A stretch of DNA of 64,000 nucleotides. Source: Eledone cirrhosa. Taxonomy: Eukaryota. Both the position numbers and the translations under genes were made by a program. Each line of letters begins with the position of its first letter. Positions within the stretch are counted from its first letter, which is position 1. Below are positions 37,451 to 49,812 of this stretch, in pieces. The notes beneath the pieces are model-generated. The model did no database searches. It was not told where the DNA came from and saw only the letters and a list, made by a program, of their open reading frames with translations. Location: the NCBI GenBank assembly GCA_964016885.1, contig OZ024745.1, positions 117,242,001-117,306,000 on the forward strand, given 5' to 3'.

Positions 37451-38062
37451 CTAGTGGCACAGAAATTAATTACACAAGATGTGTCAAATTATGTAAAGCA
37501 CTAGCAGAAAAACCACCCTTCAATTGGTTTTCTGCTAGCATGTGTAGTGTGCATATTTATATTATATGCAAATATATAATATGCATGCGGATATACGTCA
37601 AATAAAATTGTAATTGACAATATGCACGGAAATTGAAGAGGGACTGTGTTACACTGTCTTCTGTAATCAGTAAAGTAATCCATGATACATTTAAAAAAGA
37701 TGATATTATATATAAACTACATTACGGTGAAATGTAATGAAAAAGGAGAAAATTAGCGACAGAAATATAAACCTTATTATATATCAATGCAAATATATGA
37801 ACGTTTATATAAGCGATATAATATAGTGTATGTTATATCATAACTGGAAGTATTGACATTTGAAAATTTTAAAAGAAGTCAATCTTAAAATAAGCAATCA
37901 TTATATGTAAGAATATTTATGTTTAATCAACAGCTACGAAATTTAGTACATAAATTATGTAATATTCATTCATTATTTATTCAAAGTAATTCAACTTATT
38001 TTACTAATGGGATAAAAAAAATATATTCAGGAGACAGTCCCACACTCCTCCCTTTATTATAT
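37451..38062 (-). mobile_element. Non-autonomous Helitron family 2, copy without the LTR insertion
   Basis: Colinear with 45721-46510; 3' hairpin ctagcagaaaaacca...tggttttctgctag; CTAG end. Confidence 0.7.
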
Positions 38063-38899
38063 TATTATTAAGGCAATCTATCTAGAAGATTAGTAACTCT
38101 GTATAAAAATTGAATGAAGAAAACATGAACTCCCAAAACCCTTAATGAAGGCAACCTGCCAAGGAGAGCAGCAACTGACACAATCTAGAGAGGGCACATT
38201 AGTCTGAGAAACAACCTTTCTATGGCCGCTAACATATTAAAATGAACCCAGTGTACTCAGCTGTAGAAATGAGTTGTGACATCAGTGGTGCCAAGCTGTA
38301 TCAGCCTTTCCCTTGGACAACGTCAGTAGCATGGAGAGGAGAGACTGGTATGCATGGATGACTGCTGGTCTTCCACAAACAACCTTGCCAGGACTTGTCC
38401 CTCGGACGGGAACCTTCTTGTTGAAAATTCCATGTCATTCGTGACCAAACAGGGTCTTTACTTTAACACACGCTGTAAAGTGGTTGGTGATAAGAAGGAC
38501 ATTAAGCCAGTAAAACCATACCAAAAATATGAAAACCACAATCACAATGTATATATATAGTGCTTAATACTAACCATGTTAGTGCTGTACACAGTAGTGG
38601 GGTATGTAAGTGGAAACATCTAGTGAGGTGTGGCCACCATTAAGTAATCACACACTTCCTTTCAGGTGATAGAGTATGCCACAGACTTTTTAAGTTTTGA
38701 CACAATGAAAAAGAACCCAGTCCACACTGTAAATGTGGTTGGTGTTAGGAAGGGCATCCAGTCATAGAAACTAAGATCTGTATGAGCAAGACACAGTCGC
38801 CTGATCTGACTTGTCTCACAACAGAACAACTTATCTAACCCATGCTAGCATGGAAAATGGACATTAAATGGTGATGATGACTAGCCATAGACAATACAA

Positions 38900-39120
38900 G
38901 TGTCATTTCAACTAACACACCACAATTGGAACTGACAAGTGAACAGAAGAAATATTTCTATGAGGACCTCGTTCGGACCACCTCAATAACAAGTAATGAT
39001 TTAATGGCCGTAGCTTGTAATGTTAATGGACATGTTGCAAAGCACCAAGATGGCTACTCTGGAGTACATAACTATGAGTATGACTTGAGGAATGTACAAA
39101 GGTCCAGTGTCCCAAATCAC
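38900..39120 (+). mobile_element. RTE AP-endonuclease fragment
   Basis: PQ...EQKKYFYEDL...NVNGHVAKHQDGYSGVH matches the RTE APE pattern (GDFNGHVG...GY..VHG). Confidence 0.65.
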
Positions 39121-39589
39121 CAATGACGAAGTAGTAAATGTAGAAAAACAGTGTTTCATTACTCTTTTACCTGTTCCAGCCATCCGGCTGAGGCCATGTA
39201 AAATAAACACTCTGATATTTTAGCACCTTATTTCCATAGAATTTGAAGTTGGTGAAAATTGGCAAAAAATTGACGTTGAATATAATCCAACCCTCACCCC
39301 ATTTTACCATCAATTTTTTTTTTGTCACCTATTTCTCGGCTTATATACAAGTATATACAGTAATTTGATGCTATTTTTTATTGTATAATGATAGATTGCC
39401 CTACATAGTACATATATTGATAGTTTATTTTGCATAATATATTAACCTCATCCACTCAATAGTGTACATATGATAGGCTAACAGTTTTCATATTAATGTG
39501 TTAATTCTACTTTTGTGTGTAATAACAACAGACTACTTTCTATTGAATATCTCATATATAATGATTGGAGAACTGTGAGACTGTGACCA

Positions 39590-39980
39590 GTTTATTATTT
39601 TACATCATGTTATTATAATAAGTTGGATTACTTTGAATAAATCATGAATGAATATTATGTAATTTATCTACTAAATTTCTTAGCTCTTGTTTAAACATAA
39701 ATAATCTTAAATATAATATATTGCTTATTTCAAGATTCACTTCTGTTAAAACTTTCAAATGTCAACTTCCGTTAGCGTTCATATCATAACATTAAATGTA
39801 TCAAGGATTACTTTACTGATTTCAGAAGAAAGTGTAACAGTCTTTGTTCAATTCATGGGTATATTGTCAATTTACTTTTCAATTTGTGTATCATATCTAT
39901 ATGCATATATATTTGTGTTTAATATCAATATGCACACTACATATGCTAGCAGAAAACCACCCTGAGGGCAGTTCTGCTAG
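39590..39980 (+). mobile_element. Helitron family 2, diverged copy
   Basis: Reverse complement of 37500-38000; ends gctagcagaaaaccaccctgagggcagttctgctagt. Confidence 0.65.
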
Positions 39981-41489
39981 TATAGAGTAATGATTGGTAC
40001 CTTTATTAATGTGGGATATAATTTAGAAATTATAATTATGAAATACTTCACAGTCGACAAGCAAATGAGAGAGCTTGCATGCAGTTGCTCAACCTTGCCA
40101 TGAGCTACAGCCTAATCTCCCACAAACAACACCCTGCCATTTTAGAAAAAAAAAGGACACATTAGACAATGTGAATGTGGGTCCATGTGCCTGAAGAAAA
40201 TACAGGATAGTTATGGCTAGAATAGCTTTGATCATGAGAACTGTTTGATCAGGGCTAACCTAGGACTAAACAATCACCTCACTACCAAACAAGATAGCCA
40301 CTGGGAATAGATACCTATACTACCCACAGGCCAGTTCATGTAGACTGTACCCAAATTAAGGTTCAATTGCATAGTCACTTGCATAGTGACTTGTGATAAT
40401 TAAGAGACTCAACTCAAGCACTGCCACAGCTTTAAAATTGTTTATTTGGCCGCCAAAGTAGTTCAACTCAACACTGGAAGCTAACAAAGGTCCTTATGGA
40501 TCTAATTTCATGGCAACACTATATACATAATGAATAGGACTCAATGTACATATTTTATTTATAACCCATGCTATACTGATATACAATTGCTAGAAGCAAC
40601 TATTGTTGAAGTGTCAACCTTGTACTATTATGCAAATTGGGGGCTGTCTCATACATTTTATTAAGTTGTCTTCCCCGATTTTATCTCACTATCTGGGGAG
40701 GAACAAGTCAGTTAGATTTCATGAACTGTAAAGACAGTGAAATCCATCAGCTTTATCCTCATCCCAACCAGACTAAATACATAAGGATATGATTCTGTAT
40801 ATATATTTATTAAGAGAAAGTTGGCCAAAGTTACAGTAGTACAGCCACTGTAGTCCAGAACAGGTCGTTCCTACTCTACAATATTCTATTTAACAAAAAA
40901 TATAGGATTTTGATTCCCTATTTTCACGCAGTACCCCTCAAATCTAAATATTTTTCTAGTTACCCTGAAAGGGAATAGACACTGGTGTCCCAATAAACCC
41001 AATATAGTTTTGTAGTATTTCTATTTCATTCAGACAGTAAAAATGTCAAGTTAATCTATAAATATAGATTTCTAACTGTCTGTGAGAGATAAATCTCCCT
41101 TTTGAAAATAGGATTCTAGCAGGTCTCTAGGTAACCACTCGACACGCTAAACCACACTTTTCAGTGTTAAAAAGCAAAGGCACATTGGAATAATGTAGAA
41201 CAAGATATTTCAGTTGATTTGGTCTGAAGTAAGGGGTTGTGCCCATGGCCTTCACAGGCTCTCAGATGCTGATACACTGTCTCAATAAAAGATGAGGTGG
41301 TCAGAACTGGAACATCTTTGCTTATAGATCTTTTTGATCAGGTATAAGCAACAATATAATAAAAATATGTGCAATGAAAATTAAAATAACCATATGATCA
41401 TTTATTGTATATCAGGAGTGACCTTTGCTGGGGAGGGCTATGTTATGAATAGGCAGGATACCTCCTACAGCTTTATTTTTCTGAAGGAT

Positions 41490-42303
41490 AAATTCATTCA
41501 ACGTGGGAGTCAGACTCGACCAAGAGTGCATACTGTCACCTCTCCTGTTCATTATTCACATGAACAGGATTGACATGCGCAGCTGGGTTGAAAGTTGTAT
41601 CATGATTGGTGGGTGTAAAATCAATCGGCTGGAATTTGCAGCAGTGTATTCTACATGTGAATGAAGTTTCACTGAATCAGGTAGAGAAGTTTAAGTATCT
41701 CAGGGTCATGTTCAAGAGTCATGGAAGGCAGGAGGCTGAATTAAGTGCAAGAATTGCAGGAGCTGGTGCAGTAATGCGCCAGCTTCAGCATTCAGTAATC
41801 AGAAGAAGGGCGGTAGGCATAAAAGCCAAACTCGCTATCTTCAATTTAGTATTCATGCCAACCCTTACCTCTGGTTATAAATCTTGGGTAATGACCGAAA
41901 GAATATGATCGTGAATACAAGCAACTGAAATGAGGTTTCTCCCCAAGGTCTTTGGAGTAACGTTACTTGATAGAGAATGTAGCTTGGAGATCAGGGAATC
42001 ACTCCAGGTAGAACCACTACTTCTCCGAATTGAGAGATCACAGCTCTGACGCTATGGGCATATGGTTAGAATGTCTCAGGAAAGAATCGCTGGACAGATT
42101 TTACAGGCAAAACCAACAGGCAGGAGATCCAGGGGTAGACCCCAAGCAAGATGATTGGATAACATCCATGAGCTTGACTGGTCTCGCTTATGGATCCAGC
42201 CGGATCAGTTGGAGACGGTTGCTTTTGACAGGACCTGCTGGAAGGAGTGTTTGAGGACTCTGCCCCCATGACTTTCTCAGGAATAAGTGGGCGAAGAAGA
42301 AGA
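41490..42303 (+). mobile_element. Rex3/Expander-like RTE LINE, 3' ~800 bp
   Basis: GVRL...ILSPLLFIIHM; VEKFKYL...KAKLAIF...PTLT.G..SWVMTER...EPLLLRIERSQL...GRRSRGRP...LPP; ends gaataagtgggcgaagaagaaga. Confidence 0.88.
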
Positions 42304-42502
42304 TAAAATCCTGGAAGTTAAAGAAGGCCTATAATAAGGGGTGTTAATGTCTTTCCTAAATGATCCATTACGTTTCGTTCTACCCAAGGAATATCTTTAA
42401 TCTTGTTTTGTTTCTATGAGCACAACTTCCACTCAGGGGCAATATATGTGAAATATATTCTATTGACGGAATACTAGAGCAGAACGAAATTAAACACATT
42501 AA

Positions 42503-42725
42503 CCCTTTAGCATTTAAACCGGCCACATCCGGCCAGAATTCTCTCATTTCTTTCTGTTCGAACCAGTTGTAACCGGCCACTCATACTGATGTTAAGGTAT
42601 TGTTCTCAAAATAAATAATATCAAAATCTCATACATTCGATATTATGAGATAATTATGTAAGATAAAGCCTTTACCACAAAAATACAATAGTATATATAT
42701 ATAGAGTAATGAAAATACTAAAGGG
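42503..42725. mobile_element. piggyBac-type MITE
   Basis: TTAA|ccctttagcattt ... aaatactaaaggg|TTAA. Confidence 0.85.
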
Positions 42726-42834
42726 TTAAACAACAAAACCGCTTTCACTGTTCCCGACTCTTGAACGAAGAATAAGACGCGAAACGAAAGATTCTACACT
42801 CCTTACAATTATTGAACTCACTGGATATTATTAA

Positions 42835-43022
42835 CCGAGGTTGACTTTGCCTTTCATCCTTACGGGGTCGATAAAATAAAGTACCAGTAATGAACTGGTT
42901 AATTGCTGGCCTTGTGCCTAAAGTAAAACAATTATTAAACTTTTATGGGGTCGATAAAATAAAGTACCAGTAATGCACTGGGTAATTGCTGGCCTTGTGC
43001 CAAAAGTAGAAACAATTATTAA
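42835..43022 (+). mobile_element. SINE family A 3' half with tandem-duplicated tail
   Basis: ggggtcgataaaataaagtaccag...aaacaattattaaacttttatgg occurs twice head-to-tail. Confidence 0.8.
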
Positions 43023-43425
43023 ACTTTTATGGAAAAGGAGCCGGAGCAATGTGGCCAATAGCTCCTGTAAGGAATTTAAAAAGACCACAACAAATGAAAA
43101 GTGTATAAGTGGCAATAAGAAATCTTCAATAAGTTTACCCTTGTTAAAAATTATTATTTTTCACATCTGCAATATTCTGTAGATATTACAGATATATACA
43201 AATAAAACATAATAATTGTGTACAGAATCCCCGGAGAGAAAGATAGTGTGCATGTGGGCATGTATGTATATCTATAGGTTTGAAAACAAGAATGCTCAAT
43301 ACCAAAGTAGAGAGTATTAAATATTTATCCTATTTCTGTTGCTACTCCGAATTTCGCAGAGTATCGCCGATTCCACGAAACTCAAGAATACCAACAGAAA
43401 AATCTCAGTAATTTTCAATATAATA

Positions 43426-43482
<57 letters not shown>

Positions 43483-44307
43483 TATTGCCCTCTGATATGT
43501 AGGTAGACTGATTGTAATAAATAATGTCATATTCAGGATGACACAACGAAAGGCCAGCAGTGGATAAAAATTATGAATTGGCGTAAAGATATTCATGAAA
43601 AGTCCTGAAAGCAGAGTTAGTGTATTTAGTAGCCGATCTCACAAAGGAATATTCAGCCGGGGTAGATAAAGGAATTGGCGTGGAAACGGTTAAGATTCTT
43701 GTAAAACTTTCCGACGACTTCAATATTTATCTCTAACATACTACAATTATTCTGGCTCTGGATGTTACCAGATAATCGTAGCCACATTGATTAAGTACCA
43801 TGTAATAAAGAAAACCGACACCAAATGACTGTGTCGAGTGTGTATAATATATATAAACTAATACATCTTGTCCTATTTCTGGAAACCATTTGTGTATATA
43901 ACGAAAAGTGACACTATAACTGATTATATATAGAGAGTGAGATAGATAGATTGAGAGATAGAGTAATAATAAATACGAAGACCAAAATCGAAAGAAGACT
44001 CGATAAGGGTCATATAAGAGTTATTATTTGCTAAAACTTTTAATCTGTATAATTATATATATATATATGATACATGGCAGTTATTTATGGAATCTGTGTA
44101 CACAAGTGTGTATATTTGTATACGTGTTTAATAAATGATAGTGTGTGTATACACACATACGATAGATATAGGTATAGATGAACACACATGCATGCATTAC
44201 ATATTAACACGTATATATGTTAATGTTTGTGTATAAGGGTGTGTGTCTAAAACTATGGGTAAGGAGGAAATAAGGAATAGGTTAGAGAAAAAAGAAATGG
44301 TACTAAC

Positions 44308-44495
44308 CAATATTTTGTTAAAGCTGTTACTTGTAGAGGGTTAGACTGGTTTGGGTACGTCCTTCTACATGCCGCATAGATCGATTCAAATCCAGGTGGT
44401 GTGAGATGCAAATTGGAAGGAAAGTTGGGTGAAGAATATGGTTTGTCTTCATCTTCTATCTTACAGTGCGCTGAACTGGCCGTTTGCGTCGACAT
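44308..44495 (-). CDS. SUFU: Suppressor of fused, coding exon 1
   Basis: ATG at 44495; MSTQ...TPPGFESIYAACRRTYPNQSNPLQVTALTKY-TG matches the SUFU N-terminus (human PGLHAIYGECRRLYPDQPNPLQVTAIVKYW); donor TG|GTTAGT; 188 nt, phase 2. Confidence 0.95.
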
Positions 44496-44760
44496 TATCT
44501 CTGTTAACTGTTTCAGTAGACAACAAATTGAGATTGTCTAACTTTTGTTCAATACTTCATGTCCGTCTCGTCATTTTACTGATTATAAATAAACAAAGAT
44601 AACTTGAAAGGAAAGTTCGAATAGAATACTTTCCGGAATGAAAAAAGCTTGTAAGTGAAAACCAAATATTTCAATTGATGTTTCGCAGTGACAAAATTAA
44701 CTTCACATTGGAACTAAACTAACAGGAGACCACCAACAAAGTTCATGTTGACAGAGTTAT
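44496..44760 (-). promoter_or_regulatory. Probable SUFU 5' UTR / proximal promoter
   Basis: Repeat-free, relatively CpG-containing stretch upstream of the ATG; TTCCGGAA ETS-like motif near 44631; GACCACCAA (GLI-like) at 44728; TSS cannot be placed from sequence. Confidence 0.4.
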
Positions 44761-45720
44761 CTTTCTTGGAAATGTTCAATTTTGTCACTAGGTGTTTATC
44801 TCTATTTTCATTTACTTTTTACTTCTTTGTGTGGTAAATGTTAGTTCAATCTTCCGTGCTTCCTAGCTGCTGGTTACTGCAAATTTTGCTCTCTGAATTA
44901 AATAGTCGACTATATTTATAAACCCAAACCATTTGTGAATGCTGGACAGCTTCATTGTATATTTGACTAGTTTTGTTTTCCCTCTGATGTATTTTTTTTG
45001 TTGTTGTTTTTCTAACTGGGCTATTAAAGGAGACTAATTAGAGAGAGGTCCCAGTGCCCCTCGCGATATCTTTTGTTCTGGAAGTAGTTAGTTTGTCCAC
45101 GCCTTTTCGTGTATGTCGTCCTAGATGTAGGTATTACCTGCTACTGTATTTTTTCTTTTTTAATTGTTTGTAATATTATTTAGATTCAAAATTATATTCT
45201 TTCCGTAAATAAAAAAAAAGATAAGTATTTATGTTTGTGTTTTCGTTCTGTAAACATTATATTATTATATTTTTTATACAGCTACGAATAAAAATTCAGT
45301 ACTTTTTGTTAAAAAAAAAAGATTAACTTTGCCTTTCATCCTTACAGGGTTAATAAAATAAAGTACCAGTAATGCACTGGTTCGATTTAATCGATTTTCC
45401 GCTCCCCTCAAATTGTTGTCTTTGTGCTTAAATGAGAAACCATAATTTTATTTGTAACTCTGTAAATGATTAGCTAATATACACACAAATTTCAGCTAAT
45501 ATACACACACACACATATATATATATGTGTGTATGTGTGTGTCGAAGAGATTGTTTTGGTAAAAACAGGAGCAAACAGGAGAAAGCTCTCAACACTCGTA
45601 GTTTGTTACGATGGAGATTCAATATAATAATTGTTTCTACTTTTGGCACAAGGCCAGCAATTACCCCACCTTCGGGTGGTTTTCTGCTAGCATGTGTAAT
45701 GGCACTAGTGTAGTGGCATA

Positions 45721-46510
45721 CTAGTGGCACAGAAATTAATTACACAAGATGTGTCAAATTATGTAAAGCACTAGCAGAAAAACCACCCTTCAAGTGGTTT
45801 TCTGCTAGCATGTGTAATGTGTATATTGATATTATACGCAAGTATATATACATGTAGATATGATACATCGAATAAAATCGTAATTGACAATATACACAGA
45901 AATTGAACGAAGACTGTGTTACACTGTTTTATGTAATCAGTAACGTAATCTATGATACATTAAAAAAAGACAATATTATATATAAACTGCATTAGGAAAA
46001 AATTAGTGACAGAAAATTAGTATGTTTATTTAAGCGATCGCCAACCGGAAGTGTTGGCATTGTGGTTAGAAAAAGCTATCTCACCGCTTTTGATAGGCGC
46101 CGCTAAATCCCATGGCTGGTTTCTCCTCTTCCACGTGCGTACGATCCAACTCATTAACACCGGGAACTGCCAAACTCGCGCCCACCACGTTCCTGATCAC
46201 CGCTAGAGAGAGGCCGACATGCTGGCCCTTCCGGTCGAGCACCCTTCCGGTCAAGCACTCTTCCGGTCGAGCACTCCTCAGCTTCCGGCCATCGCACACC
46301 ACACCATACCCACAGACATTTCAGAAATTTTAAAGAAGTGAATCTTTAAATAAACAAAATATATTTAATCAACAGCCACGAAATTTAGTAGATAAATTAT
46401 GTAATATTCATTCATTATTTATTCAAAGTAATCCAACTTACTTTACTAATGGGATAAAAAAATTATAAACCGTACGCAGTCCCGCGCTCCTCCCTTTATT
46501 ATAGTTTAGA
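45721..46510 (-). mobile_element. Non-autonomous Helitron family 2 carrying a solo LTR
   Basis: Minus-strand start A|TCTAAACTATAATAAAGGG at 46510; 3' hairpin and CTAG|T at 45771, with a second CTAG end at 45721. Confidence 0.75.
46061..46314. mobile_element. Solo LTR, 254 bp, GC/CpG-rich
   Basis: TGTGG...CCACA termini; 5-bp TSD ggcat/gacat; absent from the sister Helitron copy (single gacat at ~37855). Confidence 0.75.
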
Positions 46511-46739
46511 TTGGATGTTCCATGTGAAATAGTGTGCATTCTCCCTGGCGTCGGTTTGTTATTCATGTAATATGCACATTGTTTATATTAAGTAAGAACG
46601 AAGTTTCAGTTTCATATATTTTATTTGTTTCGCAAATGATCGGCATGATAACTGGTAATTGTCAAAGTCTCCCTGTCATAGAGAAAAGGGGAAGGATGTT
46701 AGCTTTGTAGACTTTTAACTTTTGATACTGATGCCTTTC

Positions 46740-47170
46740 TTGTTCCATGATTTTCCTTGAGTCTGCCAAAGGCTCTGGACATCATTAACTTTACTTCTTC
46801 GTCCATATCTACTGTTTTAGAGAGAGTGATACTTAGGTAAACGAATTTGTCAACAGCTTCCATTTTTTTTTTCTTTTATGGTGATGAATGGGTTATTTGT
46901 AGGAGATAAGTTGGTGCATCACTTTAGCTTTATTGCTGCTTCTGTATCTGATATCTACACCTACGTTGATGTCTCTCTAAGTGTCAAAAGCAGAGAAGAG
47001 AATACCATGATTAAAAGTGTAAGGCTATAATGTAGCTACTGGAAATGGTTCAAAGAACTTGCCATCATCTTGTAGACTTGCAAACATTCCTTCGTGGAAT
47101 TGCCTGGCCATTGAGATTAGCTCAGTGGGCACCCAGACTTGGTCAGGATTTTCCATAGACTTTCCCTAAA
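46740..47170 (-). mobile_element. RTE-BovB-like RT fragment (decayed)
   Basis: KILTKSGCP...ARQFHEGMFASLQDDG and EAVDKFVYLS.TLS....MDEEV...SRAFGRLK. Confidence 0.7.
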
Positions 47171-48054
47171 GCCCTCACATTCATCCCAAATGTTAGGCCG
47201 ATAACTGGGGGGTCTCTCATGACGATCACATATCCTAAACATAGATAGAACTGCATTTACTACACATTTCCAGCATTTCATTCAAGTTAATTGACAACCC
47301 TGCTAATGTGTATTCATGCCATTAGTCCTGTGGATATGATTAGTTATTTTCGTGTGTTTACTTCGTGTTCTAATGTCAATGATTCCCATAATACATATAT
47401 ATCGTAAATATTACGTTTGTGGAACTGTGAAAACTATGAGATAACCTTATGTCAAAGTTCGATACAACGCGGTCATTGAAAATGTCAACACATCTTCCAA
47501 CAACAGTTATCTCCTCTTCTGGATCTCTATTGGATAAATCACTATGAAATAAATATAAAGGGGAACAACTTCAGCATCAATTTATCTTAGCTTTATATTT
47601 TACACATGGTTTCTTTAAGTTAACAAGGTTTTACTTGTAAATCTGTTATAATGTATGTAAATAATAGAATGATATTCTATTTGGAAGATAAAGTAATTAT
47701 ATAGAAGTAAAAACACTTAACAACATTATAAAATGGGTAATTTTGCCCATTATGTGTCTACTCGGCCGTAGCCACAAGGTGGACTGTCACTTAATAATGA
47801 GGAAAATACATATAGAGAAAGAAATGATTTTATCAATTCCCAGGAAACATTGGCAAGTTTCCCAACTATCGTTATATGTAAATGATGTAGATTATTTTTT
47901 TTTTTTTTTATTAAATTAACATTTGTGATTAGGGGCTTGCGTGACTACTTAAAAATGAAATTAACAAGAATGGAGGATTAAAAAAAACCCAATAACTTTG
48001 CTATCTTGAGTTTTCATGTGGATATTTATAAATTAGTTAAATGTTTTGTTTTCT

Positions 48055-48450
48055 CTTCTTCTTCACCCATTTATTCCTGAGAGGGTCGTGGGAGCAGAGT
48101 CCTCAAACACTCCTTCCAGAGGGTCCTGTCAGAAGCAAGCATCTCCAACTGATTGGCTGGATCCCCAAACAAGACCAGCCAAGATCATGGATGTTATCCA
48201 ACCATCATACTCAGGGTCTACTCTGGGTTTCCTGCCAGTTGGTTTTGCACATAAAATCTGTTTTCCACAGCTCCAGTAACGGGCATAAGGTTAGAATGTC
48301 TTAGGAAAGAATCACTGAGCTTGGCTGGTCTTGTTTGGAGATCCAGCCAGATCAGTTGGAGACAGTTGCTTCTGACAGGACCCACTGGAAGGAGTGTTTG
48401 AGGACTTTGCCTCCACGACCCTCTCAGGAATAAGTGGGTGAAGAAGATCT
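48055..48450. mobile_element. Two head-to-head Rex3-like 3' ends forming a foldback
   Basis: 48055-48263 (-) and 48268-48450 (+) both match 42040-42303. Confidence 0.85.
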
Positions 48451-49812
48451 GAAGTATGTTGTGTGGTGCTGGTTGGTGGTTTTCTGGGGTTTTTTGGTTT
48501 GTTTTGTAATATAACTGAGTTTGTGATTAGGGACAATACATGTGTTTTCTTTTATGAGCTTATATGTGACATATTTATCCTTCTACTACTTGGGTGTATT
48601 TCATTCTTGTAGTGTATAAAATGTGTGGTTTGTGTATTTTTATTGGGTATTCTGTTATATGAGTGGGAGTAAATTTGTTGTATTGTTCTATGGAAAACCT
48701 TCTCTTCAATACACATGCCTCTTTCCTTTCTGTTTCACTATCTCTCCCACTCTTATTTTCAGTTTAACTCTCAATATTTATGTTTTATTTATATCTTTCC
48801 TTCACCTTATATTTATTTCTATTTAAAATCACATTTCTTTAATTTATCTTTAACTTACTGTTGCATTGTTATTGTTTCTTACTGAAGAATTTCAGCTTAC
48901 TGTATTCTGAGTTCAAATCTTTGTGTTGCCTACTTGAGTGGTGAATTTAATCCATCACACAACACTGCCAATATAACCCTTGGCTGTCATAGAAGCAACT
49001 ATCCTAGAATTATTAGAAGAATGGTATTTTTCTCAAATACTCCTCTTTAAAAGAAAATAATGAAAATCGTTTCAGGTTTAAACTGTTTTGAAAATAAAAA
49101 TTCTTCAACAAAGTATTTTTCACTAGGACTGCAGTTCTTTAACCCATAAAGTCCTGCACCACATGAAACCACATTAGCAAGCCATTCTTGAAAAGTAGAG
49201 AACAGCACTATGAATACATCACATTAAAAATTATAGCCTTTACTCTAATATTGCACATTTTCACTAAAGACCTGTTCAGTAGTAAAGATACTATAAACAT
49301 TTGAATTAACAAACCCATTTTTAGACATTTTCTGCTAAATCATTACAAGATATTAAAAATAGGTCTAGAGAATATTAAAACCTCTTACACTATTGAACTT
49401 CTGAAATTATCAACCTTTTAACTTTTACAGTTTCATCAATTCAATATTTTTATGTATTATTACTCAAAAGAAATACTTTACAAATAAGTTCAATGTCCTT
49501 CTTCATAACAATTTCTATGAATTTCTCTACAGCCTAATAACAATACTCTCTCCAGTCAAATGGCATTCTCCTTTTAAATATCAGCATAAGATGGTGACAT
49601 AAAAAAAATGTTGTTCACTTTCCAAATCTTGTATTCAGTGTCTTAAAAAATTTAAAATATGTGGGTTTTCATCTTCAAAGGCTTCATTGCATCATGTCTA
49701 AATGCCTTTCCACATAAGAAATGCATAGGTACTGTCCCATTGGTGATTAGAGGAATAAAACCAAATTTGAAATATGTGAATAGTGTCAATATATTCTTAA
49801 TGTTTGGATGTA

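Noticed and set aside
43335-43400. Possible hammerhead-like fold on the minus strand (CUGUUG/CAACAG, GAAA..UA)
   Set aside because: No CUGANGA core
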